DNA of 64,000 bases from Bacteroides sp. (GTDB taxonomy: Bacteria > Bacteroidota > Bacteroidia > Bacteroidales > Bacteroidaceae), in assembly GCA_031554665.1 (NCBI GenBank), contig JAVBVA010000009.1:2911-66910 (forward strand). The letters are read 5' to 3'. Below are positions 47,707 through 57,985 of the stretch, one piece after another. Within the stretch, counting starts at the first letter, position 1. Each line of letters starts with the position of its first letter. Under the pieces are notes generated by a model. That model saw only the letters and a list, made by a program, of their open reading frames with translations, made no database searches and was not told the origin of the DNA. The position numbers and the translations under genes are program-made.

Positions 47707-49434
47707 TTACCGCTTCACATCCAGCAACGCATTACCGTTCTTCACCGGATTCCAACCATCGTCACCGGCCAGTACCGTTTCTATCTCATACCCTTTCAAG
47801 TCTTTCAACTGATGGGAGAACGGTGCGCGGGCTGTCGGGTTGGCTCCTTCGCCCTTGCTTTGATATTCGGCATAGAATACTGTCTGCTCAGCCTCCTTCT
47901 TCGACCAGTTGTTCCAACCCACGGGGGCAATATGCTTGCCCAGGTTGCACCGCACGTACACCGCTTTTGCATACGGACGCCAGGGGCGCGACAGGAATAC
48001 CTGATCTGCGCCGGCAGCAGCCACCAGGGTACAATCGTAAAACACGTAGCCATACTTACTTTCTTTATCGGTCGACGGAGCGGTAACATAACCATTAGTC
48101 AGGCTGCGGATGGTGCACCCGTTGAACACTGCCGTAGACCAGCCGAAGATGAAATCGACCGTTCCTTCGATGTAACAATGATCGTAATACTGACGGCTAT
48201 GCTTACCATACGTATAGAGTGTATCCTGGAAACCAAGGAAGTGACATTTCTTGAAATAGACCCGGTCGCCCGCAACGAAACAAGCCACCGCCTGCCCTAC
48301 CGGTCCGGAACTATTCTCAAATGCGATATTCTCCGCATAGAAATCGGGTGCATAGATGTAGCAGGTCGATGAGCCCGACGTACCTTTATTTTCGCCAAAC
48401 ACATTCTTCTTGTCGGCATAGTCGTCGTACGTCAGTACGGTACGATCTTCTCCTATCAGCGAAATGTTGATCTTGCTTTCGGGCACCACCACCTTCTCTT
48501 TGTACACTCCTTTGCGTACCAGGATGGTGGTACGAATGTTCTTGCGGAAATCGGGCACCGCATTGATGGCTTCCTGAATGGTGAAGAAGTCACCGCTACC
48601 GTCCTTTGCTACTACATAGTCGAACCTCCGGATGTGTTTAGCCAAGTCGGGAATCTGCTTCTCGATGGCATCCACCGCCAAACCGGCCATCACCTTGGCA
48701 CCATACACATTAAGATGGGTATTGTCTTCGCGGCCGTTCGGAGCAGCGGCAACTGTATTCGGTTCCACCCATACGAAGAGTTTCTTCGAGTCTACCGGTC
48801 CCATGCCCTGCACCAGATCGTGCGTCAGTTTATTCATGTCGATGAATGTTACACCCAGCGCCTTCGCGACATTGCGCGGAGAGTCCAGATAGGCTCCGTG
48901 AGTATCGTACAACACATCGCCCTCTACCGGTTGTTCATCCTTCCCGGCATCCTTGCGTTCGTCTTTGGCTATCGCATCATCCTGCGGACGAACGAAGTTG
49001 CGCCGGACAATGGCATTGAACAGCACCGGAATACCTCCTTTGGCGCGTGTTTCCTCCACGAAACGTTTCAGGTTGGCATCGAACGTCGTTCCCGGATCGG
49101 TATGACGGTCGGGGTTGGGTTTCTCATCGTTGTGGCCAAACTGTATGAAAACATAATCACCTTTCTTTACTTGTGAGATCACTTTCTCCCAACGCCCTTC
49201 GTCGATAAAGCTCTTCGAGCTGCGCCCGTTCATGGCATGGTTGTCCACCCGTACCCCTTCATCGAAATAGCGCGGTAAGGCATGTCCCCATCCCCGCTCC
49301 GGATTTCCTCCGGTAATGGGCTTGTTGGCCATGGTCGAATCACCGATCATAAAGATAGTAATCACAGGTTGGTCTGCCCGGAAGGCCGTCAGCAGAAAGA
49401 AAGACACGAGTAATAGAATCAATTTGTTTTTCAT
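47707..49434 (-). CDS. Bifunctional pectin esterase: SGNH acetylesterase (CE12-like) fused to pectin methylesterase (CE8)
   Basis: GDST, QFGHND and DNTH (SGNH); GQAVA, GFQDTL, GTVDFIFG and LSRPW (CE8). Confidence 0.93.
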   Translation of the reverse strand: MKNKLILLLVSFFLLTAFRADQPVITIFMIGDSTMANKPITGGNPERGWGHALPRYFDEGVRVDNHAMNGRSSKSFIDEGRWEKVISQVKKGDYVFIQFGHNDEKPNPDRHTDPGTTFDANLKRFVEETRAKGGIPVLFNAIVRRNFVRPQDDAIAKDERKDAGKDEQPVEGDVLYDTHGAYLDSPRNVAKALGVTFIDMNKLTHDLVQGMGPVDSKKLFVWVEPNTVAAAPNGREDNTHLNVYGAKVMAGLAVDAIEKQIPDLAKHIRRFDYVVAKDGSGDFFTIQEAINAVPDFRKNIRTTILVRKGVYKEKVVVPESKINISLIGEDRTVLTYDDYADKKNVFGENKGTSGSSTCYIYAPDFYAENIAFENSSGPVGQAVACFVAGDRVYFKKCHFLGFQDTLYTYGKHSRQYYDHCYIEGTVDFIFGWSTAVFNGCTIRSLTNGYVTAPSTDKESKYGYVFYDCTLVAAAGADQVFLSRPWRPYAKAVYVRCNLGKHIAPVGWNNWSKKEAEQTVFYAEYQSKGEGANPTARAPFSHQLKDLKGYEIETVLAGDDGWNPVKNGNALLDVKR

Positions 49435-49659
49435 TGTTTCTTCATATTATAGTAAACTGGGTGCAATATTACATAAATCGCTTTTCATAGATGTGGAAAA
49501 TTTGAACTATGAGATGGAATAATTTGTCACTTGCGTGGTTTTAGATTGCAAAATAACAAAAAACCATATACACCCGCAAGTGTACCGTTGGTAATCCGAA
49601 ATTTTGCTTGTATCTTTGGAGCAAAAGAATGTAAAAAGGATTACAAAAAAGAGAAAGTC

Positions 49660-50004
49660 ATGAAAACAGGAAGTGCAAACTTTATTTTCGAGAAAGATAC
49701 GCCGTGGGAATCCGCCGGCGAAGGTGTAACCCGCCAGATCATGGGATACGACGGACAGATCATGATGGTAAAGGTGAAGTTCGAGAAAGGTGCTGTGGGC
49801 GCCATGCACTCGCACTATCACTCGCAAGCCACTTACGTGCAAAGCGGTAAGTTCGAGTTTACCGTGAATGGGGTGACGAAGATCGTCGAAGCTGGTGATG
49901 CCTTATACAAAGAGCCCGATGTGGTACACGGCTGTGTATGTTTGGAAGCAGGCATACTGATCGATTGTTTTACTCCCATGCGTGCGGAGTTCTTGAAGAA
50001 GTGA
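49660..50004 (+). CDS. kdgF: Cupin, KdgF-like pectin degradation protein
   Basis: HSHYHSQATYVQSGKFEF, HGCVCLEAG and DCFTPMRAEFL motifs. Start ATG 49660 after -7 element TATCTTTG. Confidence 0.82.
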   Translation: MKTGSANFIFEKDTPWESAGEGVTRQIMGYDGQIMMVKVKFEKGAVGAMHSHYHSQATYVQSGKFEFTVNGVTKIVEAGDALYKEPDVVHGCVCLEAGILIDCFTPMRAEFLKK

Positions 50005-50015
50005 TATATTAATAA

Positions 50016-50042
50016 AGGGGCAGCGCTAACAACGCTGCCCCT
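50016..50042. terminator. Terminator hairpin after kdgF
   Basis: aggggcagcg / cgctgcccct 10-bp stem. Confidence 0.7.
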
Positions 50043-50145
50043 GCTGCAAAGAATGCCCTCCCATGATGTCATCACGACTTTATATATCGGGGCTCTTTTT
50101 TAATTCTTCCAGCGCGCCTCCACCTTTTGTCGAAGATCGGGTAAA

Positions 50146-50259
50146 TCACAAAAAGGTAAACCCAATACCGGGTGTATCGGGTGTATCGAGCAAGTTCCAT
50201 CCGCTGGTAGATATGTTTACCGGCAAACTGCCGAAAAGGATACGTATATAGCGTCTCAT
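50146..50259 (-). CDS. Candidate 37-aa small protein (MRRYIRILFGSLPVNISTSGWNLLDTPDTPGIGFTFL)
   Basis: Below the track cutoff. -7 element TATTTTTG (50285-50292, -) and an A-rich leader directly precede the ATG. Confidence 0.35.
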   Translation of the reverse strand: MRRYIRILFGSLPVNISTSGWNLLDTPDTPGIGFTFL

Positions 50260-50355
50260 AGTATTGAGTATTGTTTTGAATGCTCAAAAATAGACAGCTA
50301 TTTTTAAATTAAGGTGTAGTTTTTGACAATAAAAGAGTAAAAATCGTTTATTATC

Positions 50356-50429
50356 GTTCACCACAGAGTCACACAGAGTTTCACAGAGTTTTTATTCTCT
50401 GTGTGACTCTGTGTGACTCTGTGGTGAAC
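50356..50429. repeat. CACAGAG-periodic palindromic element, copy 3
   Basis: 33-bp arms 50356-50388 and 50397-50429 with 2 mismatches, 4 nt from the GH3 stop. Confidence 0.9.
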
Positions 50430-50433
50430 TGAA

Positions 50434-53019
50434 TTATTTAATGACCAGTTGAAGCTTTTGCAAGTCTTCGTCGCGTGAGCTACTGCCTATCATTACCTCG
50501 TAAGTACCCGGATAATTACGTACAGTATTTGTACCGGCATCCCACCATTCCAACTGTTTGGGAGTAAGTTCCAGTTCTACATTTGCGCTGGTACCGGCAG
50601 CCATAGCCACCCGCTTGAAAGCACGCAACGCCTTGACAGGTCCTTGTGCATCGTCGGTCCGGCGGAGGTACACCTGTACCACTTCTTCACCATTGTAAGC
50701 GCCGACATTAGCCACCGGCACAATTACCTTCACCGATTCGCCTACTTTCACCTGACTCTCAGACAGCGTTGCCTTGTCATAGCTGAATGTAGTGTAGCTC
50801 AATCCGTAACCGAATGGAAAGAGTGGAGCCTCCTTCATATAGCGATAGGTACGTCCGGCCATGTCGTAATTCTCAAAGTCGGGAAGCTGATCCACGTTGC
50901 GGTAGAATGTCACCGGCAAACGTCCGGCAGGATTGTAGTCGCCAAACAATACTTCGGCAACAGCTTTACCACCCGCTTGTCCCGGATACCAGGCTTGCAG
51001 GATAGCTTCGCACGTTTGCATCTCCGGCTCGAATCCGATGGGCGAGCCCGAACAGTTCACCAATATCACCTTCTTACCTTTGGCTTTCAATGCCTTGATC
51101 AGTTCACGTTGAATAGCAGGCAGTTCGATGTCGGTACGGTCGCCACCCCGGAATCCAGGCAGGTTCACGCCCATCTCCTCGCCTTCCAATGACGGCGAGA
51201 TACCACCCACGAAGATCACGATATCGGCATCCTTTACGCGACCGGTCATCTGTGCCACATTGACTTCTTCCTTGAAGCCCAGGTCGAAGTTGAGCTGAGC
51301 ATCGCCGCTGAAATATTCAAAGTCGATCTGAATGTCGTACGCCTTGCCCTTCTCCACCTTCATCTCGTAGGTTACTTTGCGGCTACCGTGCTTGTTGGTA
51401 AACTTCTTCACTTCTTCCTTGTTTACCAGGATGCGGCTGCTTCCACAACTGTAGAAATCGAACACCACCGTACCGGTTTGTTTGGATTTGAATACCGTAT
51501 TATAGGTTGCAGCGAAGTCGGTCAGGTTCACACCCGGAGCAAAGACCGTGGCACCCGACGTACAAAGACGGAACGGAGTTGTCAGCTGAGCCACTGCCAC
51601 CGAATCGCCCATGCGTTCCTTGTTGTTCCAGTAACGGGCGGAGAAACCGGGGCCCTCTTTCGACGCGCATTGATCGAACACGCTCCGGATAATTGTACGT
51701 TCCACCCAACTGCAACCTTGTTCGTATGTCAGTTGGTCGCCGGGCGTCAAAGCCGAACGGATACCTTCCAAGATGGTAATGGTACGGGCAGGAGTTCCGT
51801 TATAGTTACCCCACTGCATCACCGAGTCGTTAGCATTCGGTCCCATCACGGCGATCTTCAGTCCGCCCCGTTTCAGCGGGAGTATGCTGTCTTTGTTCAC
51901 CAGCAGCGTCATCGACTTGCGAGCCATGTCGAGTGCCAGTGAGTCGTGCTTGGCCGAGCAAACCACTGAATACGGGATCTTGGTCCACGACACGTCTTTC
52001 AAGTCGTCCATCTCGCCCAACTCAAAGCGGGCTTTCATCAGGCGTATCACTGCCGTATCGATATCTTTCTCATTGATCAGTCCCTTCTGAACACCTTCGA
52101 TCAACGCCTTGTAGCTCGAACCGCATTCCAGATCCGTGCCGCTCAGCACTGCCGCTGCCGAAGCCGAAGCAGCATCCGGATGTGTCAGGTGGCGGTTTTC
52201 CCGGTAGAAATCGTCGATAGCGCCGCAATCGCTCAGCACGATGCCTTCATACCCCCACTCTTTGCGCAGGATCTGCATCAGCAGTTGCTTGCTACCGCAA
52301 CACGGCTCACCTTCCAGACGATTGTAGGCGCACATCACCTCTTTCACCTGCCCTTCCTTCACCAGCGCTTCGAAAGCCGGTAAGTATGTTTCATATAAAT
52401 CGCGCGGATTGATATCTTTCGCATCGTACGAGTGGCGGTTCCATTCCGGACCGGAGTGTACGGCAAAGTGCTTGGCACACGCATGCAGCTTGTCATACCG
52501 TCCATCGTTGCCGCCTTGCAAACCTTTCACCACCTCTACACCCAATACAGCTGTCAGATAAGGGTCTTCGCCGTAGGTTTCGATCCCTCTACCCCAACGC
52601 GGATCGCGATAAATGTTGATAGTAGGCGTCCAGAATGTCAGTCCTTCGTAACGTTCGAAGCTACCTTGCTCCACAGCGCGTGTATTCTTGGCGCGTGCTT
52701 CATCAGACACCGCATCGAACACATGGTACACCGCCGCATCATCGAAGGCAGCCGCCATACCGATGGGTTGCGGATATACCGTAGCCCGTCCGGCACGTGC
52801 CACACCGTGCAGAGCTTCGTTCCACCAATTGTACTTTTTGATACCCAGACGCTCCACGGGTTGGGAAGCATCCATCATTAGAGCGACTTTCTCTTCGAGA
52901 GTCAGTTGAGCCACCAGCAGTTCGGCCCGCTCCTGTGCAGACAACGACTTGTCTTTGTACGTTCTCTCACACCCGACTAAGGCGAGCAACGCTAACAAGC
53001 AGATAAAATTCTTCTTCAT
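50434..53019 (-). CDS. GH3 beta-glycosidase with PA14 insert and FN3 domain
   Basis: Lipobox LVGC; WNEALHGV, RWGRGIETYGEDP, KHFAVH, VLSDCGAI nucleophile, LEGEEM acid/base region. Confidence 0.94.
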   Translation of the reverse strand: MKKNFICLLALLALVGCERTYKDKSLSAQERAELLVAQLTLEEKVALMMDASQPVERLGIKKYNWWNEALHGVARAGRATVYPQPIGMAAAFDDAAVYHVFDAVSDEARAKNTRAVEQGSFERYEGLTFWTPTINIYRDPRWGRGIETYGEDPYLTAVLGVEVVKGLQGGNDGRYDKLHACAKHFAVHSGPEWNRHSYDAKDINPRDLYETYLPAFEALVKEGQVKEVMCAYNRLEGEPCCGSKQLLMQILRKEWGYEGIVLSDCGAIDDFYRENRHLTHPDAASASAAAVLSGTDLECGSSYKALIEGVQKGLINEKDIDTAVIRLMKARFELGEMDDLKDVSWTKIPYSVVCSAKHDSLALDMARKSMTLLVNKDSILPLKRGGLKIAVMGPNANDSVMQWGNYNGTPARTITILEGIRSALTPGDQLTYEQGCSWVERTIIRSVFDQCASKEGPGFSARYWNNKERMGDSVAVAQLTTPFRLCTSGATVFAPGVNLTDFAATYNTVFKSKQTGTVVFDFYSCGSSRILVNKEEVKKFTNKHGSRKVTYEMKVEKGKAYDIQIDFEYFSGDAQLNFDLGFKEEVNVAQMTGRVKDADIVIFVGGISPSLEGEEMGVNLPGFRGGDRTDIELPAIQRELIKALKAKGKKVILVNCSGSPIGFEPEMQTCEAILQAWYPGQAGGKAVAEVLFGDYNPAGRLPVTFYRNVDQLPDFENYDMAGRTYRYMKEAPLFPFGYGLSYTTFSYDKATLSESQVKVGESVKVIVPVANVGAYNGEEVVQVYLRRTDDAQGPVKALRAFKRVAMAAGTSANVELELTPKQLEWWDAGTNTVRNYPGTYEVMIGSSSRDEDLQKLQLVIK

Positions 53020-53255
53020 TTGCAGTGTTTTTATGATAAGATTAATATATTTGACTTCATGTGCTGTATCCGGATGATTAACACGACCGGATACTAAGTT
53101 CTTCAGCCAACCCTTATTGTAAAATATACAAGCTGAAAAGAGATGAAAGACAGAGTAATAAAAAAGAATCCCCCACCCTTTAACCAGTTATATTTCAAAT
53201 ATAAACAAAAACCGATAAACGATCGAAGATTCTTACACTAATTACAAAAAAGTAT

Positions 53256-55790
53256 TTACTTCCATTCCATCTTCAGCCAATGAAGCATGGTAGCATTGGC
53301 TCCGGTCGACCCGGTATGCTGTACTCCCGTGCCTCCGAAAGCATTGGGCTTTATGTCCGCCCGGATATCCACCACCTTCTTCAACTCCGGATTTACCGGA
53401 TCGGGAAGTTCAGTTCCTGTATCTACGTGTGCGGCCAGTGTCTTGCCTTGCGCCTTGAGGGTTATCGTACAATCCGTACGGTAACAGATGCCAGCAACAG
53501 GTTCGGAGATCTCCGTGGCTACCCCATTTTCGTACTTCATCAGGATAAAGTCCACCGCATTATCATATTTCGTCGTGCGAACAATGCGCAACCCATAGCC
53601 CGTAAGTGTACGGGTATCGTATTTGATGTAAAGTTCCAGATACTGCCCGGTGGCGCTTCCGAAACCCTGTCCGGCCGTCTTTCCCGGATCCACATTCAGG
53701 GTGACGGTCATATCTCCCGTCTTGGCCTGCACAGGTGTGTAGAGCAGGCGGGCGCCTTTCGTATTCTGTATCAGTCCGGTACCCTTCATGCCGTCGAGCC
53801 CTGTTCCATAATACCAGGTCTCCCCGGTAGGTACTTCCCAGTCGTACTCACTCAGGTCGAGCGGTTTGTATCCGTCTATCGTCCAGAAACCGGGTATCAC
53901 CTCAGGCTGACGATTGTTCGGAAAGTTCTGGAAATCGGTATAATAGATCTGTTGTTTCACCACCTCTTTAGCAGTTATCGGAGCCGGAGTGATGGCTACT
54001 TCCAGCTTCCCCGGATGACAACGCAAGTGTTTGGGAGCCACCGATGCCATGAGGTAGTAGCCCACATCGGCGCTCGAAAGTTCGTACGTAGTTTCCGGTC
54101 GGCAGAGACGGGATACAACCACCGCCACCGCGCCCTTTCCCATTGCATCCTTGCACCGGTACCAGGTAATGAGCGATTCGTCCTTACGCCCTTCAAGCGC
54201 CAGGGCATAGTTCACATCGAGCTTACCTTTCGCCACACGCCGTATGGTGGGAAGCGAAGTAAATGCAGGGGCTTCGAGATATGCCGGAGCCACGGTTATC
54301 ACCGATGCCGACTCCACGCCGTACGTATCCACCACGTTTACGACTACCTTCTTCGTTTCATCCTGTTTGTTGATGCCGGTCACTTCACACTTGCCCGACG
54401 CCTCGCCTGCCAACTGTACCAGCGACCCATCCGCCGGAGCGATGCTCCATTTGAAAGCAGGATTCGTTTTATCTATATTCCCGAATCGTTTCGACACCGC
54501 CTGTAGTTTGGCGGTAGTCCCCCCCGACTCGATGGACATTGCGTGCGGCACAATCCGTGCATACGTAGGTATATTGGTCAGGAATCTGCCTGTTTCCTTT
54601 TCGATTCCGAAGATTTGCTCCTTGATCCCCATCGGATCCCATCCGTCATTACCGCGAAGCAGATTGTATGTATTGTACATCACCTTCCCCTTGTACTCCA
54701 CCCGGTAGGCTTCGAGCACCGGTTTGCCGGTCATATCCACCGTACAGGCCGGTTTATCTTCATTGATACGTACAGGCTGTCCGTTCAATGTCACGTTGTA
54801 CTGATAACAGCGCAGGTCATCGGTAGGGTCTTGCGTCCATCCCAGATAGAGAGGAGTGCTGCTACTATGGAACCGACTGTCCACAATCGCCACCGGACTA
54901 CCAACCTTGGTGAGGTACTGACGTTTCAGGGTCAGCACATCGAAATCACAGTTCAGGAAGATGGCTCCTGTACCTTGTGTGCTATAGAATGGTTTCGAGC
55001 TAAAGAACGTGAAACGGCAATCGAGGTACACCCCCGTGCCGCACAGTGCATCGTCGGTGCTTTCGAAATAACACCGATCAAAAAGAATGCGTTTGGCAGC
55101 AGCAAACGGACAGAGGTTGAGACGGCTGATAAAGCGGGTATTGCGTGCCATCACCCGGTCGCTGTTGCAGATGATAAGTTGTGCCTGCGTCACGGTATTC
55201 GATCGCTTTTCCCGGTTTAGTTTGGGTAATAACGGAAACTCCAGATCTACATTGCAGTAGTTGCCGAAGGTGAGGTTCTCCGAACTGATATCATTCCCGT
55301 CGAAGTAGAACATGGTGAAGTTTCCTTCGGCACCCTGCGTTTGTCCGCGACGGGAAGCCAATACTACATGGCGGGCATCGTCCGTCAGTCCGTAGAACTT
55401 CAAGCCGTTGCATTTCACGATGCGTCCGTAAGGAATGGCTCCTGTAATCGGTTTGCGGATGGCAGCATCATCGGGGTCGTCGACCCAGTACACGTACGGA
55501 GCGATGTAGAGCGTCATCGGCTCGGTTGCCGTTCCGTCTTTCACCTGGTCGAGCGCCTTATTTATACTATTGAAAACATACGGATATTGAGCGGCCTCTG
55601 CATCTGTGAGTTGGCCGTCTATAAAGAATGACTTCTCGTTGAGAGCGATAGTGACGCCCTTGTAAGTGATGTGATCGCCATGGAAAGATACCGGATTGGC
55701 TTTATCCAATGGCTGGTAGTCTGCATGGTTTCCGGCATACGTGGAAAGACAGAACAGACTGGTCAAGAAGAATGCTATGTATTTTCTCAT
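53256..55790 (-). CDS. Secreted multidomain protein with an atypical CE8-like beta-helix, Ig-like domains and a C-terminal beta-sandwich
   Basis: Signal peptide; ENLTFGN, QAQLIIC, RILFDRCYFESTDDALCG and YLGW resemble the pectin methylesterase fold. Confidence 0.6.
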   Translation of the reverse strand: MRKYIAFFLTSLFCLSTYAGNHADYQPLDKANPVSFHGDHITYKGVTIALNEKSFFIDGQLTDAEAAQYPYVFNSINKALDQVKDGTATEPMTLYIAPYVYWVDDPDDAAIRKPITGAIPYGRIVKCNGLKFYGLTDDARHVVLASRRGQTQGAEGNFTMFYFDGNDISSENLTFGNYCNVDLEFPLLPKLNREKRSNTVTQAQLIICNSDRVMARNTRFISRLNLCPFAAAKRILFDRCYFESTDDALCGTGVYLDCRFTFFSSKPFYSTQGTGAIFLNCDFDVLTLKRQYLTKVGSPVAIVDSRFHSSSTPLYLGWTQDPTDDLRCYQYNVTLNGQPVRINEDKPACTVDMTGKPVLEAYRVEYKGKVMYNTYNLLRGNDGWDPMGIKEQIFGIEKETGRFLTNIPTYARIVPHAMSIESGGTTAKLQAVSKRFGNIDKTNPAFKWSIAPADGSLVQLAGEASGKCEVTGINKQDETKKVVVNVVDTYGVESASVITVAPAYLEAPAFTSLPTIRRVAKGKLDVNYALALEGRKDESLITWYRCKDAMGKGAVAVVVSRLCRPETTYELSSADVGYYLMASVAPKHLRCHPGKLEVAITPAPITAKEVVKQQIYYTDFQNFPNNRQPEVIPGFWTIDGYKPLDLSEYDWEVPTGETWYYGTGLDGMKGTGLIQNTKGARLLYTPVQAKTGDMTVTLNVDPGKTAGQGFGSATGQYLELYIKYDTRTLTGYGLRIVRTTKYDNAVDFILMKYENGVATEISEPVAGICYRTDCTITLKAQGKTLAAHVDTGTELPDPVNPELKKVVDIRADIKPNAFGGTGVQHTGSTGANATMLHWLKMEWK

Positions 55791-55833
55791 TAGCGTTACA
55801 GATTAATAGGATGAAGAACCGATGGAGAAATAC

Positions 55834-55867
55834 AGAGGGTGTACCTCTTGTTTGTGGTACACCCTCT
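55834..55867 (-). terminator. Hairpin after the second susD
   Basis: agagggtgtacc / ggtacaccctct 12-bp stem. Confidence 0.75.
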
Positions 55868-55892
55868 TAGTTAGTACAGAATATTTCTGAGA

Positions 55893-57947
55893 TTATTTCT
55901 GTGGCAACTCGTAGCCATTTGTAACTTTACCTTTAGACTGGTCGAGAACTGTAATAGGCAGGGGATGGAAGTAGCGTGGAGCTTTTGATTCACGACCTAC
56001 CACCCCATTCAGAATAGCTCCATCGAGCATAGCTTTGGCGTTGGCATCATTCCAAATCTTGATACCCCAATCTGCTCTCGTATATCCATCAGCGACCAAA
56101 GCAGCAGCTTCTGCACCATTCGGATCGATGTATTCGTATAGACCTTTAATTGCAAGGTTCTTGGCAGTAGCCGTATGAGCAGCTGCACCCCAGTTATAAA
56201 TACCGCGCCATCCCGGAAAGAGTGCAGGATTCGATTCGTCTGTACAGTCTTGTGTCACCACAGCAGCGCTTCCATTCAACTGTACAAACTTCGTCCATAC
56301 ATAGTTGGAGATAGTTCTGCCGCTGGGGAATGTATAGTATCCATTAGCTTGCAGGCCATTCGCCATATCTACCATTTCCTGACGAACTGCTATAGCTCTT
56401 TCGTTGAATTTGCCCGAACGGATCATATCCCAACGAATATCGCCTTCACCCAATAATTCCAATTTACGTTCGGCATAGATAGCATCCAATAATGCTTCGC
56501 CCGAGAGGTTAGAAATAGCATGGTTGTTATCACCAAAAGCTCTTGCACGAACCGTGTTAACTAAAGTCACTGCACCAGCATTGTCACCATTGATAGCTTT
56601 TGCTTCGGCCAGCATCAGCATGGCATCAGCCATTCTCATCACAGTGTAGTTCATGCCCGACGCACGGTTGGATGCACCAGTGAGGTTAGGCACGTCACCT
56701 CTGTTCTGATCCCACTTGTTGATGCAAGGACCACCACCGCCAGTACGTGTGCCTACGCCCATAGGAATTAACACTTCTCTACCACTTGCCGCATCACTTC
56801 CGGTTACTACCATACTTGCGTCACGACGTTTGTCGCCTTTTTCGTAAGCATTATAGAAGAAGGTCGGAATCATACGGATGGCAGCAAACGTATTCAACAA
56901 ACTTACAGCTGCATTGTTAGCACCGGCACGACCCATACTGTAAGGGTGTTCGCAGTTACCTACACCTGTTACACAACCTATTTCAAAGAATGATTCATTA
57001 CTTACCAATCTTGAGTTAATCTTTTGCCAATGCAATTGGAAAGGATTATTGGTAGTTGATCTTGTATCAGTAGTATACAAAGCAGGTATTGCACCTAACT
57101 TGTTCACAGCTATATCAAGGTATTGTTCAGCAACTTTGATATACTCTAAGTAGTCTTTACGACGGGCATAAACGCACATGTTATCATCAGATCCCTTTGT
57201 ATCAAATTGTACATCACCATACAAACCTTTCATGTCAGTACGGATGGTTTGCCATCCACCAGCGTGAAGTGCTATTTCGCCTATCAAAGCGTTGACAAAG
57301 TTACGACTGATACGTTCAGCAGTAATTTTCTTATCATCCAATTTGTACATTAATCCTTCTACCGCTTTGAGGTCATCTATGATATTATCCATAATGACAA
57401 AGCGCGAAGTCAATTCATACGAGTCTACCACCTTATTCTCATAACCATAAGGTACATCACCATAGTGGCGCACCAATTCCCAGGCACAGAATGCCCGCAA
57501 AGCTCTGGCTTCTCCATAAAGATGAGTCCAATCGGTGGCTTTACCACCAGCAACATCAGTCTTGTATTCGCCTTTTGCAGCTATTGCATCAGCAATTCGT
57601 GCAGCACGAGCCAACACAATATTTAAGCTATTGTACTGTGTAGCCGAGCTTCCGATGGCGGTTGCAGTAGGCTGGCAGCGGGCGATCACATTGTTAGCCG
57701 TAGGGTATTCGCTCATGTATTCCGCATCAGAGCCCAACACATCCTGATAAAGGTAGTTTCCGCCATGCGCGCAATCCTGACGATATTGAGCATATGCCCA
57801 TGTCAGTGTTTTAAGAGCCTCCGTGGGGCTCGACATCACAAAAGCGTCATCGGATTGACCGGGGTTTTCCGTATTCAAATAGTCACTACACTGGGTAAAC
57901 AGGCCCAAAGCCATTGCCAGGCATATATATTTTGCTATTTTTTTCAT
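55893..57947 (-). CDS. susD: SusD-like lipoprotein
   Basis: FTQC lipobox; GEARALRA, RMADAMLMLAEA and ERKLELLGEG.IRWDMIR motifs. Confidence 0.94.
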   Translation of the reverse strand: MKKIAKYICLAMALGLFTQCSDYLNTENPGQSDDAFVMSSPTEALKTLTWAYAQYRQDCAHGGNYLYQDVLGSDAEYMSEYPTANNVIARCQPTATAIGSSATQYNSLNIVLARAARIADAIAAKGEYKTDVAGGKATDWTHLYGEARALRAFCAWELVRHYGDVPYGYENKVVDSYELTSRFVIMDNIIDDLKAVEGLMYKLDDKKITAERISRNFVNALIGEIALHAGGWQTIRTDMKGLYGDVQFDTKGSDDNMCVYARRKDYLEYIKVAEQYLDIAVNKLGAIPALYTTDTRSTTNNPFQLHWQKINSRLVSNESFFEIGCVTGVGNCEHPYSMGRAGANNAAVSLLNTFAAIRMIPTFFYNAYEKGDKRRDASMVVTGSDAASGREVLIPMGVGTRTGGGGPCINKWDQNRGDVPNLTGASNRASGMNYTVMRMADAMLMLAEAKAINGDNAGAVTLVNTVRARAFGDNNHAISNLSGEALLDAIYAERKLELLGEGDIRWDMIRSGKFNERAIAVRQEMVDMANGLQANGYYTFPSGRTISNYVWTKFVQLNGSAAVVTQDCTDESNPALFPGWRGIYNWGAAAHTATAKNLAIKGLYEYIDPNGAEAAALVADGYTRADWGIKIWNDANAKAMLDGAILNGVVGRESKAPRYFHPLPITVLDQSKGKVTNGYELPQK

Positions 57948-57985
57948 GTTTACTAGTCTTTAAAATTATTACTTATTTACCCTAC

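Noticed and set aside
50072-50287. 71-aa minus-strand ORF from the track
   Set aside because: Its start overlaps the -7 element. The ATG at 50259 in another frame fits the promoter spacing better.
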